64,000 nucleotides of DNA from assembly GCF_018350175.1 (NCBI RefSeq), contig NC_058368.1, positions 125,428,001 through 125,492,000 of the forward strand. Direction: 5' to 3'. Below the pieces are notes generated by a model. It was not told the DNA's origin. It was given only the letters and a program-made list of their open reading frames with translations, and searched no databases. The DNA comes from Felis catus. Lineage: Eukaryota. Numbering within the stretch: position 1 is the stretch's first letter; the number at the start of each line of letters is the position of its first letter. Position numbers and translations under genes: made by a program. Shown in pieces: positions 24,169 to 36,268 of this stretch.

Positions 24169-25077
24169 CCCTAAAGTTTTTTTTTGTCTTGTTTTCTGTT
24201 TGCTCATCCTAGAATGAGAAGAGAACTATTTCAGCATGGTAATCAACATAAAAAGCGTGGCTGTGTTTGTTTGTGTCTTCTCATGTTCACTTGGTGGCAG
24301 TTAGATTCATCCTGCCTGTGTTAAGCTTGGAGACTGGTGCTTTTCAATCATGCTTGTAGATAGATCCTTATGGGCTGGGGAGATATTGGGAAGGACCTGT
24401 TTAAAGAGTCACAATGAGCAAATTCATCTCTGCAAAGTTTATTCCCTGTGCTGTGGAGGTTGCTATATGTTGCTGGCTTTCAGCAACCAGATTTTACCTA
24501 AGGGCATAGCCTGGTACCCATGGGTATCACTTCTGGAGCAACTAGTTAGTGTGTCTAAGAAGGTCCCCATGGAGGGAGAATGGACATACCAAGTACCACT
24601 GGATTGTGAAGGATCCTCATGTAGAGAACCCTTCCTGTTTACACTTACAGGCTTTTGGTTTGGTGTGGCTGTGTTTGCTCTTGGACCCCATGGCTTAGCT
24701 AATTGAAGTGCTGTCCATCAGCTGGGGCAAAATGGACACTGAGTGGAGGCAGGCCTTCCTGGTTGTCTCAGCCTGATTTTGTCTTCAGCTCTAAGCTCTT
24801 CACATGAGGAACTAATCTGACAGTTTTCTTCGCTTACATGAAGGGAGGTTGTATCACCTCCTAGGGAAGAAGAACTGTGATTCAGCAGTCAGTGTTTTCC
24901 TTCATTCAGGAATCTCTACCTGGTAGCAAAAACCCCTCTACTTTTATGTATGTAAATAATGCCCTTCTCTGGTTCGAAGTAAAAGCTAGGATTAAGTTCA
25001 CCTCATTTCAGGGTAGAGGGATGTTATGTCTCCTCTACTTACTTCATCACCTTTGCCCAAGGTTGTGGTTTGATTAA

Positions 25078-25277
25078 TTTAGATTTCTCAACCTCAGCAC
25101 TATTGACATTTCGGCCAGATAGTTCTTTGTTGAGGGGCTCTCTTGTGCATTGTAGGCTGTTTGGCAGAACCCTCAAATCACTAGATAGCAGTAGCATCCT
25201 GGTCACCCATGACTCATCCCCCATTTATGGCAACCAAAAATCCATCCCTCCCCCCAGTGTGCTGAGAATCATCACTG
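25078..25277 (-). mobile_element. MER20 (hAT-Charlie non-autonomous DNA transposon)
   Basis: TTTCTCAACCTCAGCACTATTGACATTTCGGCCAGATAGTTCTTTGTTG...GTGCATTGTAGG matches the recalled reverse MER20 consensus. TIR remnants are present at both ends. Confidence 0.85.
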
Positions 25278-26849
25278 TAAGGCTTCCATAACATGCTCTT
25301 CTTTCTGGTATTCCCAAGCCATCCATAGACTCCAAAGTTGGAAGGCAGATCAGGAGATCAACTGGTCTAGCCTCTTTCTGTCAGGCAAGGAAGATGTTGC
25401 TTTTTGCACTCAAGAAACAAGTTTAGACGATGAAGATGAAAAGAAGGAAGCAAATGAAACTTGTTCAGGTTTGCCCCTCCATATTTTCTTATGGGAGTAG
25501 AACTCGGGTTTCTTGCTTTCTGGAACTTTCCCTCTATGCTTCTTCATCCCAGCTCATCAGTAGATAAAATCTATTCACACAGTAACTGTTATTGGCAAGA
25601 CATCTCTAACCCTTCTTATTTGAGAAAGGAGAAAATGCTGAGAATGACTTAATTGACTTATAATGTATACATGTGGGTGTTTTTGCTATTGGAACTTACG
25701 TTGTCTGAGAGCTATCGGTTGCTTGTTCATTCTGCTCTGTGGGAGGAGGTGACAACGAGGCATGGGGAGACATGGATGTGGACATTAGAGTTTCCTATCC
25801 TGACTCTCAACTGGTTCTCATCAATGTCTGAGAAGAGCTGGTTTTGAAGAAATGTGAGGTGGAGGTTAGGGGGACTGTTGCTTAATTTAAATCTGGGGTG
25901 TTTGAGACACTGGCCACAGCTCCAGACAAGAAAATCCTGGCCGGCTTGTGGACCCCGGAGTGAACAAAAAATTGTGCTGGGCAGATGTAAAAATAGTGCA
26001 AAGAAGATAGCTCAATTCTGTGTGATCACTGAAATGATAGCTCTGTGGGAACTGCATATTTACTGCTCTGAATGTTTGAGCCCCAAGGGTGTCGTTAAAG
26101 GCCCCATTTAGCTTTGGGGCAGGGGTACCCCTTGGGGAGATGTACTACCGGGGAACAAGAGGCAGCTCTGTGGAGTCAGTATCTGCATCTCTTCCTGCAC
26201 CTTCCTGCTTCAGGGAAGAAGAAATGGCTTATCACACATGTTTGGGATGTACTGAAGAGAGAGCAGAGCAATAAACAGGTTATTCCTTTTTTCTTCTGCT
26301 GATCTTCTTTTTCAGCAATTTCTGGAAAAATGGTTCCCATTGCACAGGGAAGAAGGAGAGGCAATCTCAAACAGTTTGTTGGGCCTCTGAGATAGAAGGC
26401 CAGAGCTAGAACCAGGAATTTCCACTCCTGTTTCCATCCCCTTCCCTATCCTCAGCAGCCATGGGCAATGATGATTGACTCCTTACAGTGTGCAAGTCTC
26501 CGTGGAGACATAATTCCTGCTCTCAGGGGCTTGCAATCAGATAAGATGGGTCAGAATAGATGAGAAAGCCAAAACAAACCTCAGCATAACAACAACCCAA
26601 AATATCAAGACAGTTTATGGTAAATTCCTGTGGAGTGACCCAGGCAGTAGGTATGACTACAAACCAAGGCCCTTGGGGAAGCTGTCTGAATAAGGGCTTC
26701 TGTGAGTCAGACTGAGAGGAAAAGGTGGGGACAACAACTCATCTGATCACAACAAAATAGTTCAATGAGGATGTTATTAATACAGTATTCTCATTTTATG
26801 AATAAGGAAGCAAAGTCTCAAAGAAAGAAAATGAGATGGACAATTTATA

Positions 26850-27062
26850 TATCCTTCCAAGTGCCAGGCACTATAATCAGAATTTACAACAAGTCTCCTT
26901 TCAATTCCCACTACAAGCCTGTGATACGTTATCATTATTCTCGTCACGATTTTTGCTATTCTAATTTTACAGCCAAGGAAGCTGATGCTTAGCACAGCTG
27001 AATAACCTTCCCAAGCCCATGCAGCTGGTCCTTGACTTCAAGTCCTAATCATTTCCCACTTT
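26850..27062 (-). mobile_element. MIR relic
   Basis: GTGCCAGGCACT...ATTTTACAGCCAAGGAAGCTGATGCTTAG...AACCTTCCCAAG. Confidence 0.65.
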
Positions 27063-27894
27063 AACCACTTAAAAATGGTATTGGAAAGTGAAGAGGAGTG
27101 AAGGGACAGTCATGGCAGGGGGAATGGCATAGGCAGAAATATACCTGATATGTGCAGAAATGTAGCTAGTATGTATGGGAAATAACCCAAAGTCTATTAT
27201 GGCCACAGCAGGCTTTCTGTGTGCGAATAGTCAGGTATCAGGGCTCAGATTTTCTTTTTTCAACATAAATTCAATAGAGATGTGTTAGATGAGTGGAAGA
27301 GGTGAGTCTGGAAAGTGGTCAGATCACTTAGGCCAGTGTGAAAAATATCCAGCAACAAATCTGAGGTGATACAAAGGAAATGCCAGCCAGCCTGAATTGA
27401 TTACATTTGTCCTAAGAAAAATCAGTGGCTGTTAATATGGGTGTCAAGATTTTAAGCACCACTGACTGGGGGGGATGATAAAGGAGAGATACTGGTAAAT
27501 TTAAAGAGGCGTCTTTTTTGGTTTTGTTTTTAAAGAACATTAACTCATTTGCTGGGCTGCTCTAGGAGTATCAACAACCAATAACACTTGGGATACATTG
27601 ATGGAAGCAGATTGTATCAGCTTTGCTGAATCAAAAATCAAATAATACCCCTAGAACAATGGAGATACTTACTGGTCAAGATATTTTGTTCTCTAGTGGT
27701 TGAGTGGTTTTTCCAGGTGGAATTGGTCACCTTAAAGCATTTCAACTAAGTCACATTTCATGAATCAAACCATCCTTTTGAAGTTTATTTTAACCATTAT
27801 CTGTATAGAATCCTCATTTGTCTTTAAGTGCTACTTCAAGTATGGGATAATGGGGGTAGGGGGCCATAGGGGCATGACACACATTTGCTCATAT

Positions 27895-28040
27895 ACTTAT
27901 TCATCCATTCATTCAATGTCTATTAATTGAGCACCTGCTATCTGCCATGAGCTTTCCTAAATCCTGGGCACATTGCAGTGAACAAAATTGTATGGAATAT
28001 CCAATCCAGACCAAGTCCCTCAGCCAAGAGAAGGATTATA
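27895..28040 (-). mobile_element. L2 3' end relic
   Basis: ATTCATCCATTCATTCAA...ATTGAGCACCTGCTATCTGCCA...CTGGGCACATTGCAGTGAACAAAA. Confidence 0.65.
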
Positions 28041-28989
28041 GTGTGGGGTGTTCTGGGTGTGAGCATACATCCCGTGTAATCCCACAGATGTGAACTGCAC
28101 ATTTTGGCCTGAAAGTCAAACTCAGTCACTTAGCAACGTGTTCAGAATGTGATGTTCACACACCACTTGGTATTTTCAGAGGAGAGTTTGCAAGAGACTG
28201 GGTTGTCCTGGGATTCTTGCTCCCATTGGAGGCTGAAAAGCCCTTTTCTTTACCATCTTCTATTTGACATTACTAGGACCTTAGTCTTGTTTTTGTGATT
28301 GCAAGACCAGAGTATCAATCAGACTTGGGAAATGATTTTTTTTGGAGAAGCTTAAACCACAAGAGTTTATATAAATTGCTCTTTATATCTCACCACACTG
28401 AGTTTAATTTGGAGGAAGCTTGCAGACTTAAGATAAAGCATTTTATTCTTTATATATTTATTATCTTTGCCATGTACTGTTTTAGTGAACATGGAAAACA
28501 AGCCTTTTAGCCTGAATGGAGAGCCAACAAAAAAATTTTTTTTAACTTGCAAAAGCCCCAGTCTAAGTATTCATTGTTGTTTTTATTTTTTTCCTTTTCT
28601 GTTTTTCCTTAAGTTTCTGTAACTCAGTTGGGTTTCAGGCATTTTGTGGCTTGTCTGGTTTTCACTTTGGAAGAGATAGATAGCCCTTGAGGCTGGTCTC
28701 CTACAAAGAGGGAAAAGCCTGTTTCCTCATACTCCTTGAACATGCACAGCAGGTTTTCCTTGACCAGGCCTCCTCTGTCTCTCTCCTTGAATGCCTGCTT
28801 GTCCTGGAGAGAAAGGAACACTTATTGTTCTTGGAGGAGGGAAGTGTTGAGTTACAGCTTCAATCTCCAAAGGGTCACACTGTCTCTGAATCCTCCAATG
28901 GTCTGGTCTGCTCAAGCCCAAGGGCGGTTTCAGTTCTTAAGGCTTTCTAGCATGCCTGCCTTACCAGGGCCCCTAACCTCCGTGCGGGT

Positions 28990-29190
28990 GGTTGAGGAGA
29001 ACAAGTGCTGGACACAGGAGGTAAAGCCCTGGATTCAATCCTGGCTCCTCTATTTATTAGCATCGTTGGACAAGCTGCTTCACTTTTCAAGTCTTAGGTT
29101 TTTCTTCTGTAACAGAGGCATGAGATCACTTCCTCAGTGGATTACTATGAAGACCAAGCGTGACAATGGAGGGAAAGGCATGTAAATTGC
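28990..29190 (+). mobile_element. MIR relic
   Basis: CCTGGATTCAATCCTGGCTC...TTGGACAAGCTGCTTCAC...TTCTTCTGTAACAGAGG. Confidence 0.65.
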
Positions 29191-30025
29191 ACTCAGCATG
29201 TAAAGTTTGGGTCCATTCCAGAGTGCTCTGATTTAGGATTCACATGATCCATATGTCTCAGGGTTTCTTATGATGTGGTGGCTCTGGCAGCCCACTGGCA
29301 GTGATTTGGGTCAGTTGATGGATATGGGAGGGTAGGTATGAAAAAAGGAGGGCAGGAAGGAGTGTGGTGAGGAGTGTTATGAGCAAAGAAAATGGAATTT
29401 TATAGACAGAAGGCTGCAGGCAAATGGTGGGGTTTGTTTTGAGGGGGACTTCTTGAGACACAAAGGTTCAAACAATATTGCTTTGACAGGGAGAAAGCTC
29501 TTCTCTAAGCCTCTGCATAGGACTTAGCATGGATTCAGCTTGGTAAGGGCTGCAGGAAGGCTGTGTTCTTCTGGGAGTGTAGGAGGTGGCCCTGCCTCAG
29601 GCACCATGCTGTCAGAGGGCATAGGCACCAGCAAGTGCATTGGACTCGAGTCACTGTCTTCCTGAGGCCTTCCATGACTGGATATGATGGGCATTCGAGA
29701 GGCAAACAGTGACAGCTATTTGTGAGCTCTTAAGAGACATCCCATGGGTTCCATCAGAAATAATTGGTCAGACTGACAAGAGGCTGGAGGGCTTATACTA
29801 TTCACATGGGAGCAGAAGTTGGTGAAATTGTGTTATTGCTCATCTGTGCACAAGATAGTGAAACCTGAGGTACTGGAATAATGCAAACAGAGGCTCATCA
29901 TTTTCAGCACCTCTAAAACATTAGAGGCAGAAAAGAACAGACTTTACTCAGATAAAGTAGGATTCAATTCTGTGCAACTTTGAGTAGCTCATATTGTCCC
30001 TTTAATTCCCAGTGTTTTCATCTTT

Positions 30026-30245
30026 TTTTTTTTTTAATTTTTTTTTCAACGTTTATTTATTTTTGGGAGAGAGACAGAGCATGAACGGGGGAGGGGCAGA
30101 GAGAGAGGGAGACACAGAATCGGAAACAGGCTCCAGGCTCTGAGCCATCAGCCCAGAGCCTGATGCGGGGCTCGAACTCATGGACCGCGAGATCGTGACC
30201 TGGCTGAAGTCGGACGCTTAACCGACTGCGCCACCCAGGTGCCCC
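30026..30245 (-). mobile_element. Young felid Can-SINE inserted into a MIR relic
   Basis: TSD AGTGT(T/C)TTCATCTTT at 30011-30025 and 30246-30260. The MIR core continues as AAATTGGGAATATTA after the TSD. Confidence 0.96.
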
Positions 30246-30623
30246 AGTGTCTTCATCTTTAAATTGGGAATATTACCATTTACTCTATAGAGTAATTGGG
30301 AAAATTAGAGGTAGCATATAGGGTGGGCATAGCAGAATAGCCACCATGGGATGAATGGTCAGTAAATTACAGCTGTCTTTATTATTAACATCCTGCAGGC
30401 AGGCCATGTATTCTGATGGTGGCACTGAAGAGATTGTAGGAAATGCTGACCGTCATGGTCTGGTCACAGGGGGACCTTCTTCCACACCTCAGAACCTGGG
30501 GCATTTGGAGAGCTCTTAGAGATTCCTGGAATTTAGGCTGAAGGACTAGAATGGGTCCACACTTGGGCATATTGGAAGAGTGTACCTGTCATTCAGCTTA
30601 TTCTCCTGTTTCCAGGACAACCA

Positions 30624-31122
30624 TGTATATCAGTTTCCTATTGCTTTTGTAAGAAACTACCACAAACTTGGTGACTTAAAGCAACACAAACAATCATTTT
30701 ACAGTTTTGAAAGTCAGAAAGCCAAATTGGGTCGTCAGGGTTCTGTTTCTTTGGAGTTTTTAAGGAAGAATATGTTTCTTTGCCTTTTTCAACTTCTAGA
30801 GGTCAGCTGCATTCATTCCATGGCTTGTGACCCCTTCCTCCATCCTCAGAGCCAATGCATGGCATCTTCCAACCTCTTTCTCTCTGACTCTTCTTCTGTC
30901 ACCATAGCTCCTCCTTCTGAACTTAGATTTTTGCCTTCCTCTTGCTTTGCAAGGACCCTTGTGATTCCTTGGGGGCCACCCAGATAATCCAGGATAATCC
31001 TCCCAACTCAGGACCCTACACTTGATTATACCTGCAAAGTCCCTTTACCATGAAAGGTAACACATTCAGGTTTTGGGATTAGGATGTAGATGTTTTTGGG
31101 AGGTAATTGTTCTGTCTACCAC
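30624..31122 (-). mobile_element. MaLR solo LTR (MLT1C/D-like)
   Basis: TGTATATCAGTTTCCTATTGCT...ACTACCACAAACTTGGTGACTTAAAGCAACA and ending GTCTACCACA (TG...CA termini). Confidence 0.85.
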
Positions 31123-31426
31123 ATATGCCTCTAGGGTGGGACTTGTACGCAACTCTCTACTCTGGTGTCCAGTTTTGGATCTGGGGAAGGACTGCTTCTT
31201 CACTAGCACTGCCTCTGCAATCCTCATAGCTTTTGTGTCTGTTTCTCCCACTCATCCTAAGCAGCTTTATGAGCAGTAATTGTGTCTTGTTCATCAACTT
31301 CTTATCCTTTTCCTTTTAGGGTCTAGTATAGTGCTTTGTTCATGGTGGTTATTAAGTGCATATATTTGTCAAACAAATAAAGAAATACTTTGGTTTATGT
31401 TTGAGTAATCCTGGGCTATTACTAGG

Positions 31427-31635
31427 TTTTTTTTTTTAATGTTTATTTATTTATTTTTGAGAGAGAATACAAGCAGAGCAGGGGCAGAGAGAGGAAGGGA
31501 GTCACAGAATCCGAGGCAGGCTCCAGGCTCTGAGCTGTCAGCACAGAGCCTGATGCAGGACTCAGACTCAGAAATCACGAGATCATGACCTGAGCCAAAG
31601 TTGGACGCCCAACCAAATGAGCAACCCAGATGCCC
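31427..31635 (-). mobile_element. Can-SINE
   Basis: Head, body (GGCTCCAGGCTCTGAGCTGTCAGCACAGAGCC) and T-rich tail on the + strand. Confidence 0.92.
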
Positions 31636-32114
31636 TTTTGAGGGGAAACCCTGGAAAAAGCAGAGGATTCTAAGTGTGGGTGGTTTAGACATAACTAGGA
31701 TTCTCTGTGGGTTTCTTCAGAGCTGGTTCTGAAATTACCGATCTTCCAGAATGTCCTCCTGATTAGTCGTATTAACAATGTTGCTGCAGGTGATGGGGTG
31801 TGATGGACTGCCCTCTCTCTCTTAAAAGGTGAGAGGAAACCCAGTCACCAAGAGAGGACCAGAGTCGTACAAATTAGAATATAAAGGTAGTAACTTATGT
31901 GTTTCAGAAACATGGGAGGAATCTTTCAGAGTTGCTTTTAAAATATAAATGAACTGTATATTATAAAATTATGGGAAAGCTGATGTGGAGAATATAAAGC
32001 TTGCAGGTAGGAGGAGTGACTTATATGAGAAATTAAGGAGAGCAAAACTACAAGAGAAATGAAGAAGAGACAGAAAGTAGTCAAAAGACCTAACAAGAGA
32101 ACAAAGGGGGTCTA

Positions 32115-32597
32115 CACTGCAGTTTTCTACAGATTTTGTACCAAAGTACCAAAAATTAGGTGGTTTAGAACAACATAAGTTTATTGTTTCACAGTTCTGG
32201 AGGCTGGAAGTCTGAAATCAAGGTGTTGGCAGGGCCAGGATGCCCTCTCTGATGCCTCTGGGACAGAATCCACCCTTGTCTTTGCTAACATCTGGTGTTT
32301 TCTGGCAATACTTGGTGTTTCTTGGCTCGCTGATGCATCACTTCAGTTACATGGTCATCCTTTCCTTGTTTTCTTCTTGTCATCTTCGCTGTGTCTTTTT
32401 CTGTCTTGAGCCTAGATTTCTCCTTTTTATAAGTTATAGACACCAGTTGTATTGGATTAGGACCCACTTTAATGACCTCATTTCAACTTGATTACTTATG
32501 TAAAGACCCTATTTCCAAATAAGATTGTTTTCTGAGGTACTAAGGGTTAGGACTTTAATATATCTTTCTTTGGGGAGATACAATTCAACTCATAACA
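32115..32597 (-). mobile_element. MaLR solo LTR (MLT1B/C-like)
   Basis: TTTATTGTTTCACAGTTCTGGAGGCTGGAAGTCTGAAATCAAGGTGTTGGCAGGGCC and ending ACAATTCAACTCATAACA. Confidence 0.88.
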
Positions 32598-34334
32598 ACC
32601 TATTAGATCCAAGATGGAAAGTCAAAGATTAGATTACATTGTGTAGCAGAATTGTCAAAGGCAAATGAACAACTACACCAGAAGAATGGATTGTTAGGAC
32701 AATTTTAAAGGAGGGAATGAGCCACAGAAAATCAGCAATTGAATATAGTTTTTCTTAGGGTCATACTTAGCTTTTCTTGATTTGGCATGATTTGAGATGG
32801 GACTCTGGACAAATAAGTAGTCACAAAAGCGTGTAAATGAGAATTTACTGGGTGTGTCAATAAATAGTGGGCAGTCCATATTGGCTGGAGATTGTTCTTA
32901 GGATGCAGAAGAAGATAGGGATAGAAAGATGGATTGGGTTGGGTCATGCAGGGCCTTGAACCACTGTTAAGGAGTCCATACTTCAGTTCAATAGGGAGTA
33001 GGTCCAGGAAGGGTTCTGTGTAGTTCAATGATGCAGTTCAAATCAGAGTTGAGTTTAAAAAGTTTGATCAACAAGTGGTGGAGTTTAGACTGGTATAGGG
33101 AGAAGTGAAATGTGGAGCTTTCAAATAGAAGACTCTTGCAAAGAGAGATAGGTGAGAAATGAAGAGGGCTTGAACTTGGGTGGCCCAGGAGAGGGACCAT
33201 GTGAAAGGGTTGTTTCTTCCTAGAGCTGGGCTTATTCTAAAGTGAAAGAAATCTGAGTTTTATTCAGTTTATGAGCCTCACTAGAGAGAATGTTTAGAAC
33301 ACATAGAAACATTCGGTGTTTGAGGCATTTCAGCTAAGACAAATCTTTCCTGAACAAGTTATTGGGTAACTGCTGGAGGGATTTTGAGGCAGTCAAGAGA
33401 GATGAATTCAAGGAGTGAGGAGAACTGGGGAAAATCAATGAATGATCTGAATATTCAGAGTAAACCAAGAAGCCAGATAACGTGCCTTGATAGGTTTCTC
33501 TGTGTATGGTTATGTCACACCAAATTAGAAGATTTCACAGTCTAAGAAAGCCTTCCTGTGGAATGTAAAGACTTCAGAGCATGGATCCAAAATAATCAAA
33601 ATCTCTAGAAACACTCATTTGTATTGTGATACCATGTTATTTATTTTTCACAGAAGACCAGATGAAAATATAACTTCCATTGTACTAAATTTTTGCTTTA
33701 TTTTCTTTGGAATCCATGCAGGGTACAATGGATTAAGTGACAATTGCTGATTCCCATCTCTGGTCAACATAAGCAAAACTTTGAATTAGAGTTGGGAATT
33801 CTCCAAGATACATCACCAAAGGACTCCTTATTCTGATGTCTGAATTCCATTGTCTTTCCTGTGACTAGTTGAACACTATCTTTGCCATGTTTTCAGAGAG
33901 AGGGTGAGCCTGATTCACAAGGACTTTAACACAGTGGAAAAGGTAACATACATGTTGCTGATATCCATTCTTACAGCCTGGGAAATTCTTCCAAGTTTAC
34001 TGACTTTATTGACTCTGCCAGAGAAAATCAACATTGGGGCATAAGCAAAGAAAATAGGGGTTGGAAGCATGTACTTAGGGCTTAGATGCTTTTCATGTAA
34101 CGGGTTACCTCTGAAGCATCTTGTCTTTTGTTATCAGTCACCGGTGAAGAAAGGAAGTAAGTGATATGCTTCTATTGAAGAAGACTGGGTATGGCATGTG
34201 GCTGACTTCTGGTCTTAGGCATGGGGCAACCATAATAACTTTGCATTTGGCAGTTTTGTGACAGATTAAATTGTAGAGCCTCAGGATGTGCCAACCATAC
34301 TAATTGGTGTGCTGTGCTTGAGAGCGTTGCCCTT

Positions 34335-34563
34335 AAAATTTTTTTTTTTAATTTTACATTTATTGATTTTTGAGAGACAGAGTGAGACAGAGCATGAGTG
34401 GGGGAGGGGGAGAGAGAGAATGAGGCACAGAATCTGAAGCAGGCTCCAGGCTCTGAGCAAGTGTTCAGCACAGAGCCCCATGCCGGGGTTTGAACCCACA
34501 AACCGTGAGATCGTGACCTGAGCTGAAGTCGAATGCTCAACCGACTAAACCACCCAGGTGCCC
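34335..34563 (-). mobile_element. Can-SINE
   Basis: Full body with a degenerate TSD (TTGCCCTT / TTGCTCTT). Confidence 0.93.
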
Positions 34564-35240
34564 TAGGGGTATTGCTCTTTTAGAAGCTGAGTTCACTATC
34601 TCCGTTGTTCTTTATTGCATGGATGGAGCCATTTCTAGTTAGGCTGAATGATAAAAATTGATTAGAGAAGAGTCTACCCGTCATGGCCAATGCTGGCCTA
34701 ATGCTCACAAATTTCACAGCATGAGGATCATGGGGGCAGCTGATGGGGATGAGATGCAGAGAGAGAAGACTGATCTTTAGGAGATTTTTCCTATTTAAAA
34801 AGCATTGTTCCTCTAGTTTATTGTCAGTGTTCACTGTCCCTTTGTGTCTACCATTGATCAAAGGTCCAGAGGAGAGGAAAGAAAAGTGATTCTGTGGGTA
34901 AATCATGAGCAGTGGTCACAGCCTAAGACAAAGAACAACTATTTTGGTTCTAGCTCATAGCTTCAGGTTTCCTGTAAATAATCACACCACAGCTTTTGTT
35001 CTGGTCATGGGCTCCCAAGGGCTCCCAAGTGGGAACTTATTCCAATTTTGATATCTCTTCTCCTAAATGGAATGTCTTTTGGTCCCTAGAATTTCTCACA
35101 CAGCCAAGAAGGAAAGAAGATTAAAGAGAAGTGATATTTGTTGAAACCTACTATTTAGCAAGAATTCTTCTAGAAGCTTTTGTTGTCTTCTTTAATCCTA
35201 GGCATGTCCCAACTAGGTGTAGATATCCATTATATATATA

Positions 35241-35425
35241 TTTTAAATTTTATTTATTTATTTTAAGACAGAGAGAGAAAGAGAGACAGAGACAGAGACA
35301 GAGAGAAGGGCATAACAGAGCAGAGCTGTAAGCTTGGAGCCCAATGTGGGGTTTAAACTCATGAACTGTGAGATCATGACCTGAGCTGAAGTCATACATT
35401 TGACCAACTGAGCCACCCAGGTGCC
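35241..35425 (-). mobile_element. Can-SINE, internally shortened
   Basis: Head and tail present. TSD CCA(T/C)TATATA. Confidence 0.88.
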
Positions 35426-35450
35426 TCCACTATATAATTTTAAAGATGAT

Positions 35451-35668
35451 GGGGCGCCTGGGTGGCTCAGTCGGTTAAGCGTCCGACTTCAGCCAGGTCA
35501 CGATCTCGCGGTCCATGGGTTCGAGCCCCGCGTCGGGCTCTGTGCTGACCGCTCAGAGCCTGGAGCCTGTTTCACATTCTGTGTCTCCCTCTCTCTGACC
35601 CTCCCCCATTCATGCTCTGTCTCTCTCTGCCTCAAAAATAAATAAATGTTAAAAAAAATTAAAAAAAA
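35451..35668 (+). mobile_element. Young felid Can-SINE
   Basis: CpG-rich GGGGCGCCTGGGTGGCTCAGTCGGTTAAGCGTCCGAC head. TSD AAAGATG(A/G)T. Confidence 0.96.
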
Positions 35669-36052
35669 AAAGATGGTAAAACTGGGGCTTGGAGAAGTTG
35701 ACTCACTTGTCCGTGTTCATAAAAGTTTTAAGAAGTAGATCCCAGGTTAGAATTCAGATTTGGCATTTCTCTGTGTCACTGTGGTGCCCTCCCCTCTTTG
35801 CTGTTTGGGCTAGCAGGCAGAAACTTTAGCTACCAGAGTACTCTGACACTGGTCTCTGCAGCTTTACGTGAATCTTCCCACCTTTTTGTGCTTGGTTTCC
35901 TGGTTGAAATATGGGGGTAAGTCTAACCTACCTCATGAAGATCCTGCCAGGACTAGAGTTTGTTATGGGGGAATGAAAGCTTTAGAAAATATTAAATTAA
36001 TGTTCATTGTAAGTGTGTAAACATTAGACAGTATTGATAGAGTGCTTTTCTT

Positions 36053-36268
36053 GGAAAAAAAAATTAAAAATATTTATTTGTTTCTAAGAGAGAGGGAGAC
36101 AGAGCATGAGCAGGGAAGGGGCAGAGAGAGAAGACACAGAATCCAAAGCAGGCTCCAGGCTCTGAGCTATCAGCACAGAGCCTGACATGGGGCTCTAACC
36201 CACAAACTTTGAGATCACGACTTGAGCTGAAGTCAGACTCCTAACTGACTGAGCCACCCAGGCACTGC
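36053..36268 (-). mobile_element. Can-SINE
   Basis: Full body. TSD AGTGCTTTTCTT on both sides. Confidence 0.92.

Noticed and set aside
28620..28830. Purine-rich exon-like segment on the minus strand with two good acceptor-like sites and a short G-X-Y-like peptide (GQAGIQGER)
   Set aside because: No convincing donor site, the Gly periodicity breaks after three triplets, and there are no partner exons. Not supportable without RNA data.
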